Below are positions 17,716 through 26,744 of a stretch of DNA of 64,000 bases, one piece after another (within the stretch, counting starts at the first letter, position 1; the number at the start of each line of letters is the position of its first letter). Source of the DNA: Vulcanimicrobiota bacterium (GTDB lineage: Bacteria; Vulcanimicrobiota; Vulcanimicrobiia; Vulcanimicrobiales; Vulcanimicrobiaceae); assembly GCA_963833045.1 (NCBI GenBank), contig CAWHWL010000020.1:99191-163190 (forward strand), in the 5' to 3' direction. The notes beneath the pieces are model-generated. The model worked only from the letters and a program-made list of their open reading frames with translations. It searched no databases and had not been told where the DNA came from. A program made the translations under genes and the position numbers.

Positions 17716-18735
17716 ATGAATCGCACTACGCAAGTTGCGATGGCTAGCCTCGTGCTAGCTGCGCTCGCGTTCCTTACACCGAGCGTCGCGTCCGCCGCTC
17801 AGAAGTGGGACCTCAATATTACCCCGGTCTACTTTTTGGACAACACGGGCGACTCAGGCGCCCCGCCGCCGCCCGGCACGATTCCGTTCTATTGCCCGAA
17901 CGGCGGTCCCGCGTGTCCGGCCGGCTCGCCGATCAGAACGCAAAACCTGCGTCTGGACTACTCCCTGACGTACTTTTTGACGCCGCGGTGGAATCTGCAA
18001 TACGCCCACAGCAACTTCGACTTCTCGCTCGGGCGCATTCTTTCGATCACGCCCCTCTCTATCCTGACGGGCAGCATCAACGACCGCACCGACAAGGGTT
18101 CGCTCAACTACGCCGCCGGCCACGGTCTCTCGCTCAGCGCGTACTACAGCAGCACCCAGCGCGTCCAGATCGAAGCGACCAGCGGTCTCGGATCGCCGTG
18201 TTATTTCAACTCAGAGCAATGCATCGGCAACACGTCCAACCCGGCGAGCATCAACTCGAATCTCTGGGGCCTGGGCGCAGCGTACACCTTCGGACCGCAC
18301 GTGGCGTACCAACCGCCGATGTTCAAGGTTGGCTTCGACATCAACTACTATCCGCGTCCAGCTAGCGGCAACTGCGCATCCGCGAACCCGCAGCCCGCAT
18401 GCGGCAGTGGCGGCATCAACGGTTACGTCGGAAGCGGCGCGGTCTATCCCTGGTCGATCACCGTGTTCCCGTTCTCGGATTTGCATCTGTTGAAACCGGG
18501 CACGATCCCGTTCTTCGGATACTCGGACTCCAGCGTGTGGTTCCATGCCGAGAACACACCGGAAACCTACAACGTCGTCGATGCGGGCCTCGTCCAGATT
18601 CTCCCGCACGGCCTCTCGCTGAGCTACACCTACTTCAAGCTCAACGGGCGCCAGTCGAGCGACACGATTCCGCCGCCGGACACGATCCGCTCGGCAACCA
18701 GCATCTTCAAACTGAGCTACGATCTCCACTTCTAA
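17716..18735 (+). CDS. Putative outer-membrane beta-barrel protein
   Basis: GGAGG lies 5 nt upstream of the ATG. Signal peptide ...LTPSVASAAQ. Alternating-hydrophobicity strands, three Cys pairs, and a C-terminal LSYDLHF ending in Phe (OMP beta-signal). Confidence 0.6.
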   Translation: MNRTTQVAMASLVLAALAFLTPSVASAAQKWDLNITPVYFLDNTGDSGAPPPPGTIPFYCPNGGPACPAGSPIRTQNLRLDYSLTYFLTPRWNLQYAHSNFDFSLGRILSITPLSILTGSINDRTDKGSLNYAAGHGLSLSAYYSSTQRVQIEATSGLGSPCYFNSEQCIGNTSNPASINSNLWGLGAAYTFGPHVAYQPPMFKVGFDINYYPRPASGNCASANPQPACGSGGINGYVGSGAVYPWSITVFPFSDLHLLKPGTIPFFGYSDSSVWFHAENTPETYNVVDAGLVQILPHGLSLSYTYFKLNGRQSSDTIPPPDTIRSATSIFKLSYDLHF

Positions 18736-18754
18736 ATAAAGAAGCGGATATGAA

Positions 18755-18790
18755 AGAGGCCCCGATCTTCGGATCGAGGCCTCTTTTTTT
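18755..18790 (+). terminator. Rho-independent terminator
   Basis: AGAGGCCCCGATC-UUCG-GATCGAGGCCUCU stem (12 of 13 bp, UUCG tetraloop) running into a T7 tract, 20 nt after the OMP stop. Confidence 0.85.
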
Positions 18791-18796
18791 ACTTTA

Positions 18797-18815
18797 CTTG
18801 TCATCCCGAGCGTAG
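18797..18815. repeat. 19-nt repeat CTTGTCATCCCGAGCGTAG, copy 1
   Basis: Exact 19-mer also present at 63964-63982. Both copies lie just downstream of a plus-strand gene end. Confidence 0.6.
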
Positions 18816-18844
18816 CGACACTGAGCTTGTCGAAGTGGAGCGCA

Positions 18845-19017
18845 GTCGAGGGAACGACGCAACCAGTTGTTGCTAAGCGAAGGCTCGAAGTTTTGCGCCA
18901 TTCGCAGGATGCGAACTTCCTTTAAACGTGGCGCAAAACTCGCGCAGCAGGAGCGTCACACGAGGTGGCGCGAGGAGCGTCTTCGCGGGCAACAACAGGT
19001 TGCGTCGGTCCTTCGAC
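18845..19017. repeat. Nested inverted-repeat element (MITE-like, structured RNA, or bidirectional terminator)
   Basis: A 29-nt arm (18845-18873) pairs with 18989-19017 at 26 of 29 positions plus one G-U. Inside is a perfect 11-bp stem (18890-18900 with 18929-18939) enclosing a 6-bp hairpin TTCGCA-gga-TGCGAA. AGGAGCGTC occurs twice. Confidence 0.5.
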
Positions 19018-19652
19018 TACAACAGGCCGGCTTCTCGGGCTCGAGAGATTGCTTCGACGCGGTTGCGCGCGTCGAGCTTCTGCATCAGATTGCGCAGATA
19101 CGCCTTCACTGTATTCGGGCTCAGGTTCATCGCTTCAGCGATCTCGTGATTCGTCTCACCGATCGCCACGCGCCGCAACACGTCATATTCTCTGCGCCCA
19201 ACCATCGTACGCGCGCGATTGGGAAGTGAATACTGAACTCCGGCAACCTCTTCGCCCCGCATCGCGCCCACGATGACCGCGGCAAGATCGGTGCGCGCCG
19301 CATCCTTCGCAACGATTCCGCACGCGCCGGCTTCGAGCGCGGCGCAGACCGCTGGATGATCGGGATACGCCGTAAAGATCACGATGCGCGCGTCGGGCAC
19401 GGCACGACGCAGCATCCCGATCAGTTCGGGAGCGAGCATGTCGGGAAGCCGCAGATCGCACAGGATGACGTCCGGCGCGGCCGACTCGACGAGTTCGAGG
19501 GCGGCCTTGCCGCTCGAGGCGTAGCCGACGAGTTCGATCCGCCGGTTCGACGACGCCAGCAACGCAACACCGTCGCGAACGACGGGATGATCGTCGATGA
19601 CGAGAAGGCGAATCGGCGCGAGCACGCTCGACGTCTTCAACTTCGCACCCAC
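19017..19652 (-). CDS. NarL/LuxR-family response regulator
   Basis: Receiver (LLVIDDHPVVRDG...ILCDLRLPD) plus a LuxR HTH (EIAEAMNLSPNTVKAYLRNLMQKL). The GTG start overlaps the kinase 3' end. Confidence 0.85.
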   Translation of the reverse strand: MGAKLKTSSVLAPIRLLVIDDHPVVRDGVALLASSNRRIELVGYASSGKAALELVESAAPDVILCDLRLPDMLAPELIGMLRRAVPDARIVIFTAYPDHPAVCAALEAGACGIVAKDAARTDLAAVIVGAMRGEEVAGVQYSLPNRARTMVGRREYDVLRRVAIGETNHEIAEAMNLSPNTVKAYLRNLMQKLDARNRVEAISRAREAGLL

Positions 19653-20794
19653 ACGCGGAAGGTCGTGCCGCCGTCGGGATTGTCGGTGAGCAACAGGCTG
19701 CCGCCGACACTCGCAAGCGCGTGCTCGATGGCGTCGAGTCCAAAGCCGTGGTCGCCTTCGTCGTTGTGCATCACTTCGCCGCCGGTCCCGACGCCGTCGT
19801 CCGTAATAGCCAGCGTCACGCCGTTAGCCTGCGTCCCGACCGTCACCACGACGCTGCTCGCTTGCGCGTGCTTCTCAATGTTGAGCAAGCCTTCCTTAGC
19901 CGCTGCGATGAGCACGCGAACGGCCGAATCGCCCAGGCGTGGCAGCACGTCGAGCATCACCAGATTGGCTTTGATGGCCGTTCGCACTTCGAAATGATGG
20001 ATCGCGGCCTGAAGCGCCGAGCCGAGTGCGAGCTGGTCGGCTGGGGTCGCGAGCGCGCGCAACGAATCGCGCAGCATCGTTGCGGCTTCCTTGGCCTGAC
20101 TCTCGATCGTGTGCAGTCGCGCGCGCAGATCGCCGTCGTGCACGGTATCGTTGACGCTGCGAACGCCCGCCGTAATGGCAAAGAGCATCGCGCCGACGGT
20201 GTCGTGGAGGTCGAGCGCCATCCGCTGGCGCTCCTCCTGGATCGCGGCAGCAGAGCGCCGCTGCGCTTGCGCCGCGACGTTGAGCGCTTGGGCCGTGCGT
20301 TCGGCAACCGTTTCGATGATCCGTGCAGCGCCGTCACCGAAGGTCGTACCGGCGCGCGAGCCGCCCATGAGCACACCTTCGACGGTGCCGTCGTACTGAA
20401 TCGGCGTGCCGATGATGCCCTGCAGGCGTTCGGCGACGATCGTGCGATCGTAGTGATGCGTGATAATCGGCGAGGCGAGGTACTCGTCGACAGCTACAGT
20501 CCGTCCAAGTGCGAAGACCTTGCCTCCGAGTCCGTGCCCGCGCTGGAGTACCATATCTTGGATCTGGGAGAGCATATGCGAACCATAGCGAATAACGACG
20601 GTATCTTCATCCGTTCGCTCGGCAAACCAAGCACAATTGAAACCAACCTCTTCCGTTAGAATGCGTGTCGCCTCGTGCAGGATCGCGTCCCGGTCGAGAA
20701 CCGAGACCAATCGAGCGACTTCACGTTCCAAATGAGCGAGTTCGTCCGCTGCCAACCGTATCCGGGAGCGGAATCCGTGTGTAACTCGGTCCAT
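19637..20794 (-). CDS. Cytoplasmic GAF-domain sensor histidine kinase (HisKA_3 type)
   Basis: GAF-like region (GLGGKVFALGRTVAVDEY...), H-box MALDLHDTVGAMLFAI, and an HATPase region (NIEKHAQAS...DDGVG...GFGLDAI). No TM segment. Start trimmed to the ATG at 20794. Confidence 0.8.
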   Translation of the reverse strand: MDRVTHGFRSRIRLAADELAHLEREVARLVSVLDRDAILHEATRILTEEVGFNCAWFAERTDEDTVVIRYGSHMLSQIQDMVLQRGHGLGGKVFALGRTVAVDEYLASPIITHHYDRTIVAERLQGIIGTPIQYDGTVEGVLMGGSRAGTTFGDGAARIIETVAERTAQALNVAAQAQRRSAAAIQEERQRMALDLHDTVGAMLFAITAGVRSVNDTVHDGDLRARLHTIESQAKEAATMLRDSLRALATPADQLALGSALQAAIHHFEVRTAIKANLVMLDVLPRLGDSAVRVLIAAAKEGLLNIEKHAQASSVVVTVGTQANGVTLAITDDGVGTGGEVMHNDEGDHGFGLDAIEHALASVGGSLLLTDNPDGGTTFRVWVRS

Positions 20795-20919
20795 TAAGCT
20801 TTCATGCGGCTTCGCCCGGCTAAAACTATGTCCTTTTGGGTGTAATCGGGGTGCCGCTAGGTTTGCGATACTCAAGTGCAGCGTGCGCCGCACTCGGCGC
20901 AGAAGAGAGGACTTTGCTT

Positions 20920-22107
20920 ATGATTTCGCATCGCATCACGCGGGCCGCAGCGTGCTGCGCGCTCGTGCTTGCGCTTGGAGGCGCAAACCTTGCGCCGGTC
21001 GCTGCCGCCAATGAGCCGGTCAATGTCGGGATCATCAACTCGACGAGCGGACCGCTCGGCGCATACGGGCTGGAATATGACGAGGGCTTCAAGGCCGGCC
21101 TCGCCTACGCGACGCACGGCACCGGAGAAGTCAACGGTCATAAGATCGTCGTTTCCTACAACGACGACGCCGGGGACGGTGCCAAAGCCGTTGCGACGGC
21201 TAAAGACCTGATCGGCCAGGGCACGAAGATCATTGCCGGTACGGTTTGGTCGGGCATTGCCCTGCAGATGGCGCCGCTCGCACAAGAGAACAAGATTCTC
21301 TACGTTTCCGGGCCGGCTGCCGTCGACGGTGTCAGCGGCTCCAACCGGAACACGTTCCGTTCGGGGCGCCAAACGTATCAGGACGTCCTATCGGTCGGTA
21401 CGGTGCTCGGCACCAATCTGCGCGGCAAGTCGGTGCTCGTATTGGCGCAAGACTCGGCATTCGGTCAAGCGAACGTCGCGGCCGCCCGCGCGGTACTCGG
21501 TGCGGAAGGCGCGACCGTGAACGGACTGCTCGTTCCGCTCTCGGCGAACGACTTCTCGCCGTTTGCGCAAAAGGTAATCGACGCGAAGCCCGACCTGCTC
21601 TTCGTCGCGTGGGCCGGCGCCACCGGCGGCGCGCTCTTCAAGTCGCTCGAAGACAGCGGTGCCGCAAACCAAACGAAGATCGTGACCGGACTTCCGCAGA
21701 TCGCGACCTACCCGTATTTCGGCGACGACGCGTCGAAGATATTCTTCCTCTCGCTGTACGTCTATCAGTGCTGCCACAATCCGGCCAACGATTTCTTGAT
21801 CGACTATTTGAAGAAGCAAGGAAAGGTCCCCGATCTCTTCGATGCCGACGGTTTCGTTGCGGCGGAAATGATCGTGCACGCGGTGCAAGCCAGCGGCGAT
21901 CAGGATGTGAACAAAATGATCTCCTCGCTCGAAGGCTGGAAGTTCATGGCGCCCAAGGGAGAGCAACAGATCCGCACCGCAGATCATGCAATGTTGCAAC
22001 CGATGTTCATCGTGAAGCTGGTCGGCACCGGGAAGGACGCTCACCCGGTCGTGCTGCGCACGCTCACACCGCAAACGGTGGCGCCGCCGGTTCATCCGTT
22101 CCACTAA
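20920..22107 (+). CDS. HAAT-family ABC substrate-binding protein
   Basis: Signal peptide, VNVGIINSTSGPLGAYG, Peripla_BP_6-like. ATG at 20920 with AGAGGA upstream. Confidence 0.8.
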   Translation: MISHRITRAAACCALVLALGGANLAPVAAANEPVNVGIINSTSGPLGAYGLEYDEGFKAGLAYATHGTGEVNGHKIVVSYNDDAGDGAKAVATAKDLIGQGTKIIAGTVWSGIALQMAPLAQENKILYVSGPAAVDGVSGSNRNTFRSGRQTYQDVLSVGTVLGTNLRGKSVLVLAQDSAFGQANVAAARAVLGAEGATVNGLLVPLSANDFSPFAQKVIDAKPDLLFVAWAGATGGALFKSLEDSGAANQTKIVTGLPQIATYPYFGDDASKIFFLSLYVYQCCHNPANDFLIDYLKKQGKVPDLFDADGFVAAEMIVHAVQASGDQDVNKMISSLEGWKFMAPKGEQQIRTADHAMLQPMFIVKLVGTGKDAHPVVLRTLTPQTVAPPVHPFH

Positions 22108-22120
22108 CGGGCGATACGGG

Positions 22121-22879
22121 TTGCAATCCCCTCCGGCAATCGAGACGCAGGGGTTGACGCTGCGCATCGGTTCGGTTCCGATCGTCGACGAGGTCTCGCT
22201 CTCCGTTCCGGAGGGCGAGTTTCTCGTTGTGATCGGCCCCAACGGCGCCGGTAAGACGACGCTCCTAAACCTGCTCTCGGGCGTGGCACAGCCGAGCTCG
22301 GGCCGGGTGCGTTTGTGCGGCCGGGACGTAACGCGTGCGCCGAGTTACGCGCGAGCGCGGCTGGGGCTCGGGCGCACCTTTCAAACATCGAGCATCTTTG
22401 CCAACTTGCGCGTGCTCGAAAACGTTCAAATCGCGGCGCAGTCGCATTTAGGCGGATCCGGCGAGGTATGGCGCCGCGCCGCCCGCGATACAGCTGCAAT
22501 CGAGCGCGCGCATGCAGCGCTGCGCGAAGTGGGACTGCAGGAGCGTGCCGGAACTCCCGCCGGTTCGCTCTCGCACGGCGAGAAACGCAAACTCGACCTC
22601 GCGATTCTGATCGCGACCGAGTCGAAGGTGGTGCTGCTCGACGAGCCGACCGCGGGCATGGCCGTCGAGGACGTGCCGGAGATCGTCGCCTTGCTCCGGC
22701 GCATGCATCGCGAACGCGGTTCGACCGTTGTGATGGTTGAGCATCGCCTCGATTTGATCGAAGGTCTGGCGGATCGCATGGCGGTGATGCATCACGGAGC
22801 TCTGCTCGCGATCGACACGCCGGAGCGGGTGATCGCCAACGAAGTCGTGCAGTCGGCGTATCTCGGAGATCCGTTGTGA
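22121..22879 (+). CDS. ABC transporter ATP-binding protein, LivG-like
   Basis: Contains GPNGAGKTTLLN, LSHGEKRKL and VLLDEPTAGM. Confidence 0.85.
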   Translation: MQSPPAIETQGLTLRIGSVPIVDEVSLSVPEGEFLVVIGPNGAGKTTLLNLLSGVAQPSSGRVRLCGRDVTRAPSYARARLGLGRTFQTSSIFANLRVLENVQIAAQSHLGGSGEVWRRAARDTAAIERAHAALREVGLQERAGTPAGSLSHGEKRKLDLAILIATESKVVLLDEPTAGMAVEDVPEIVALLRRMHRERGSTVVMVEHRLDLIEGLADRMAVMHHGALLAIDTPERVIANEVVQSAYLGDPL

Positions 22880-23586
22880 GCGGATTGCTCGAACTGCAGG
22901 ATCTCAACGTGTGGATCGGCGAGTCGCACGTCCTTCACGGTGTTTCTTGCGAGGTCGAAGAGGGAGGAGTTACCGCACTGCTCGGCCGTAACGGCGCAGG
23001 AAAGACGACCACGCTCAAAGGCATTCTCGGGATGCTGCCCAGCACCGGCGGCGTGCGTCTGGGCGGTCTGCCGATCGGCCGGATGCGTACGGATCGCATC
23101 GTCAAGCTCGGCGTTGCGTATGTTCCCGAGGATCGCGAGATCTTCTCTGAGTTGACCGTCGAGGAGAATCTGCGCTTGGCCGAACGCGGCGCGGAGCAGC
23201 TGCAGTACGACGTCGTGTACGAACTCTTCCCTGAGATGAAGACGCGGGCGCGGCAACGTGCCGGCACCCTCTCGGGAGGACAGCAGCAGATGCTTGCGAT
23301 CGCGCGCGTTCTGCTCAATCGCGACAACCGCATCCTTCTGGTCGATGAACCGACTAAGGGTCTCTCGCCGCTCATGGTGCGCAATGTCGTCGACGCGCTC
23401 GAACGGGCCGCTTCGCTCGTCACCATGCTTCTGGTCGAACAGAATCTTCCCGTCGCGAACCGCCTGGCGAAACGCGCGGTCGTCCTCGATCAAGGGCGGG
23501 TTGGTTATCGCGGCACGGTCGCCGAATTGATGTCAGACCCTGACCTCGCGCGGACGCATTTGGGCTTGGCGAAGGGGCACACGTAG
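22876..23586 (+). CDS. ABC transporter ATP-binding protein, LivF-like
   Basis: Contains GRNGAGKTTT, LSGGQQQMLAIARVL and LLVDEPT. 4-nt overlap with the upstream gene. Confidence 0.85.
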   Translation: MSGLLELQDLNVWIGESHVLHGVSCEVEEGGVTALLGRNGAGKTTTLKGILGMLPSTGGVRLGGLPIGRMRTDRIVKLGVAYVPEDREIFSELTVEENLRLAERGAEQLQYDVVYELFPEMKTRARQRAGTLSGGQQQMLAIARVLLNRDNRILLVDEPTKGLSPLMVRNVVDALERAASLVTMLLVEQNLPVANRLAKRAVVLDQGRVGYRGTVAELMSDPDLARTHLGLAKGHT

Positions 23587-24459
23587 ATGAGCACCGTAGC
23601 GTTGCTGGTCATCACGGGCCTGGGCCTAGGGAGCCTTTATTTTTTGGTCGCCTCGGGACTCTCGCTGATCTGGGGACTCATGCGCGTACTCAACTTCGCG
23701 CACGGAGCAATTTTCACGGTCGCCGCGTACGCGGGTTGGGTGGTCGCGTCAAATGCCGGCGGCGATGCCGGTTTCGCGTGGACCGCAGGCTTAGTGGCAG
23801 CGCTGTTTTGCGGCGGCGCGATCGCGTTTTTGCTCGAGGTGCTGCTGATCCGTCCGCTCTACGCGCGGCCGATCGGCCAAGTATTGGTTACGGTCGGTGC
23901 GGCGCTCGCGCTGGTCGCGCTGATGATCGGCATCTTCGGGGGAACGGCGGTGCAGCTCAATACACCGAACTGGATGTCGAACAATACGGTGATTCTCGGC
24001 GCGTCGATTCCGAACACGCGCTTGCTTTTGATCGCCGTCGCGCTGGTCGTCCTCGCGCTGCTTCTCTTTTTCTTGCAGCGTACGCGGTACGGACTCATCG
24101 TGCGCGCGGGCGTAGAGAACCGCTCGATGGTACAGGCGCTCGGTATCGACGTGGGGCGCGCGTTTACGATCGTATTCACCATTGGCGGGATTGCCGCGGG
24201 CTTGGCCGGATATCTCGCCGCTACGTACTTCGGTTTTGTCGATCCCGAACGCGGAACGTCAATGCTGATTTTCGCGTTCATCGTTGTCGTCGTCGGGCGG
24301 TTGGGCTCGATGAGCGGGACCGCAATCGCAGCCGCCGGCGTTGCGCTCCTGCAACAGTTCCTCAACTTTTACGCCGCTCCGGGCGTGGGCGATTTTTCGG
24401 TGGTGTTGCTGCTTGCAGTCGCCCTGTTGCTGCGTCCACAAGGTGCGTACGGATCGTGA
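23587..24459 (+). CDS. HAAT-family ABC permease, LivH-like
   Basis: Contains LMRVLNFAHGAIFTVAAY and is polytopic. Confidence 0.85.
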   Translation: MSTVALLVITGLGLGSLYFLVASGLSLIWGLMRVLNFAHGAIFTVAAYAGWVVASNAGGDAGFAWTAGLVAALFCGGAIAFLLEVLLIRPLYARPIGQVLVTVGAALALVALMIGIFGGTAVQLNTPNWMSNNTVILGASIPNTRLLLIAVALVVLALLLFFLQRTRYGLIVRAGVENRSMVQALGIDVGRAFTIVFTIGGIAAGLAGYLAATYFGFVDPERGTSMLIFAFIVVVVGRLGSMSGTAIAAAGVALLQQFLNFYAAPGVGDFSVVLLLAVALLLRPQGAYGS

Positions 24460-25502
24460 GGCCATTCGCGCGGACGACGCTCGTTCTTGCGCTGATCGCG
24501 GTGCTCGCGCTCGTGCCGTTCATCGGCGTTCCGTTGCCGCCGATCTTCGGCGAAGCCTTGCGCTCGCCGGGTTCGATGACGCTCTTGGCCGGGTGCTTCA
24601 TCTTCGGCGCGCTGGCGCTCTCATACGACCTCATTTTCGGCTACACCGGGTTGCTCTCGTTCGGACATGCGCTGTACTTTGCGATCGGGGTGTACGGAAC
24701 GGCGATCGCGCTCACGCGCTGGCACTGGGGTCTCGCCGGCGCGATCGCGTTCGTGATCGTTCTCGCCATCGTCCTCCCGGCGATCATCGGGGCTGTGTGT
24801 TTGCGTACGAAGGGCATTGCGTTTGCAATGGTGACGTTAGCCTTCGCGCAAGCCGGTTCTATCGTCGTCATGCAAAATCCGTACAACCTGACCGGCGGCG
24901 AGGAAGGCCTGGCGCTCGCAGCGAGCGTCCTCCCGGCGGCCTTCTCCGGGGTGGCGAACACCCGTAATCTCTATTGGCTAGCGCTGGCGCTGCTGGTCTT
25001 GACCTACGCGGCCGCGGCATGGCTGATCTCGTCACGCCCCGGCCGCGTGTGGCAGGCGATTCGCGAGAACGAACAGCGCGCGGCGACCATCGGGCTCAAT
25101 CCATATCTCTTCAAGCTCGGCGCGTTCGTCTGTTCCGCGCTGTTGGCCTCGCTCGCCGGAATCGTCTACGTTTTCCTCGAAGGCGGAGCGGCCCCGGACG
25201 TGACGACAGCGAATTTCACCCTGACCTTGCTCGTTATGGTGGTACTGGGCGGGGTCGGCACACTATGGGGTGCCGTGCTCGGCGGCATCGTTTATGAGTA
25301 TTTGGATTTCCGCCTCGTCGTGCTTTCGAGCGCGAGCGGAATACAATCGCTTCCACCGGTGCTGCGCGTCCCGCTCTCGCAGCCGCTCTTCATCCTCGGG
25401 GTCCTATTCGTTCTGCTCGTCCTTTTCGTTCCGGGAGGCCTCGCGGGAGCCATCCGCCGACTCGCTTCCTCAAAAAAACGCACTATTCTAGGGGGACAAT
25501 AA
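24456..25502 (+). CDS. HAAT-family ABC permease, LivM-like
   Basis: GTG at 24456 in a GTGA overlap. Contains GYTGLLSFGHALYFAIGVYG. The first ~240 codons of track ORF 23736..25502 overlap livH and were discarded. Confidence 0.8.
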   Translation: MRPFARTTLVLALIAVLALVPFIGVPLPPIFGEALRSPGSMTLLAGCFIFGALALSYDLIFGYTGLLSFGHALYFAIGVYGTAIALTRWHWGLAGAIAFVIVLAIVLPAIIGAVCLRTKGIAFAMVTLAFAQAGSIVVMQNPYNLTGGEEGLALAASVLPAAFSGVANTRNLYWLALALLVLTYAAAAWLISSRPGRVWQAIRENEQRAATIGLNPYLFKLGAFVCSALLASLAGIVYVFLEGGAAPDVTTANFTLTLLVMVVLGGVGTLWGAVLGGIVYEYLDFRLVVLSSASGIQSLPPVLRVPLSQPLFILGVLFVLLVLFVPGGLAGAIRRLASSKKRTILGGQ

Positions 25503-25506
25503 GATT

Positions 25507-26724
25507 ATGCGTACCACACGTTTGTTGTTCGGTATCTGCGCGATCGCGGTGCTTCTGTCGGGGGTATACCCCGCTGCGCCCGCAACCGCTGCCGATACCG
25601 CGCCGATTCATATTGCGGTCATCACCGATATGAGCGGCGTCTACGCCTCGATCTCGGGGCAAGGCGCCGTCGAAGCTACGAAAATGGCGGTCGAAGATTT
25701 TGGCGGCAAGGTCCTCGGACGTCAGATCATCGTTGACACCGTCGATCACCAAAACTCCGGGCCGACCGCCGAGGCCAAGGCTCGCGAAGAATTCGACAAC
25801 GGGGCCGAGCTCGCGGTCGATTTGACCAACTCTGCGACAGCGCTCGCGGTCGCGGCCGTCGCCAAAGACAAACACAAGATTGCGATCGTCAGCGGCGCCG
25901 GCACGTCGGCGCTGACCGGCGCGAACTGCAACAAGTACACCTACCACTATGCCTACGATACCTACGCGTTGGCGCACAGCGAAGGCGTCGCGGTCGCGAA
26001 AACGGGATTGAAGACCTGGTACGGCATCGTGCCCGACTACGCGTTCGGCAAATCGATGCTGGCCGATTTCACCGACGCCATCGCACCGTTCGGCGCGACC
26101 TTCGTTCATGCCGACACGATGCCGCTTGGCACCACGGACTTCTCGTCCTACATGCTCGCGGCAAAGAACGCGCATCCGCAGGTCCTCGCCCTGCTCAACG
26201 CCGGTGCCGATACCGTCAATAGCATGAAAGCCGCCAAAGAATTCGGACTCGATAAGCAGATGAAGATCGTCGTTGGCCTCTTCTTCCTGCCGCAGGTCGA
26301 CACCGATCCCGCACTCTGGGCGGGCGCGAAAGTCGCCGACTCCTGGTACTGGAATCAAAGCCCCGAAGCGCGCAAATGGGCCGACCGCTATTCGGCGCGG
26401 ATGAACGGTGCGCGGCCGGGTTCGATTCAAGCCGCCGATTATTCGTCCACGATGCAGTGGCTTAAGGCGGTCAAAGCAGTCGGCTCGGTCGACGCCGATA
26501 AAGTCGTCGCCTATCTCGACGGGCACAAGTTCAGCGACTTCTACGCCCAGAACGCCGAATTCCGGGCGCGCGACCACCGCGTCGTCCACGACATGTACGT
26601 CTACGACATCCTGCCGCAGTCGCAAGTCAAAGAAAAAGACGCGTGGTACAAGCTCGTCGACACGGTTCCCGGCAGCCAGGCCTTCCGCCCGGCGGCACAA
26701 TCAACGTGCGACAAGACCTGGTAA
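25507..26724 (+). CDS. HAAT-family ABC substrate-binding protein
   Basis: Signal peptide, IHIAVITDMSGVYASISGQGAVEA, Peripla_BP_6-like. Confidence 0.85.
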   Translation: MRTTRLLFGICAIAVLLSGVYPAAPATAADTAPIHIAVITDMSGVYASISGQGAVEATKMAVEDFGGKVLGRQIIVDTVDHQNSGPTAEAKAREEFDNGAELAVDLTNSATALAVAAVAKDKHKIAIVSGAGTSALTGANCNKYTYHYAYDTYALAHSEGVAVAKTGLKTWYGIVPDYAFGKSMLADFTDAIAPFGATFVHADTMPLGTTDFSSYMLAAKNAHPQVLALLNAGADTVNSMKAAKEFGLDKQMKIVVGLFFLPQVDTDPALWAGAKVADSWYWNQSPEARKWADRYSARMNGARPGSIQAADYSSTMQWLKAVKAVGSVDADKVVAYLDGHKFSDFYAQNAEFRARDHRVVHDMYVYDILPQSQVKEKDAWYKLVDTVPGSQAFRPAAQSTCDKTW

Positions 26725-26744
26725 CCGGGTGTCACTAAACTGAA

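Noticed and set aside
23736-24455. The upstream 240 codons of the 588-aa ORF 23736..25502, and likewise 27206-27619, 28111-28533, 29594-30202, 37869-38069 and 42517-42642.
   Set aside because: These segments overlap the preceding well-supported genes in another frame and are Arg-rich. Real starts are found at ATGA/GTGA junctions where the homologous sequence begins.
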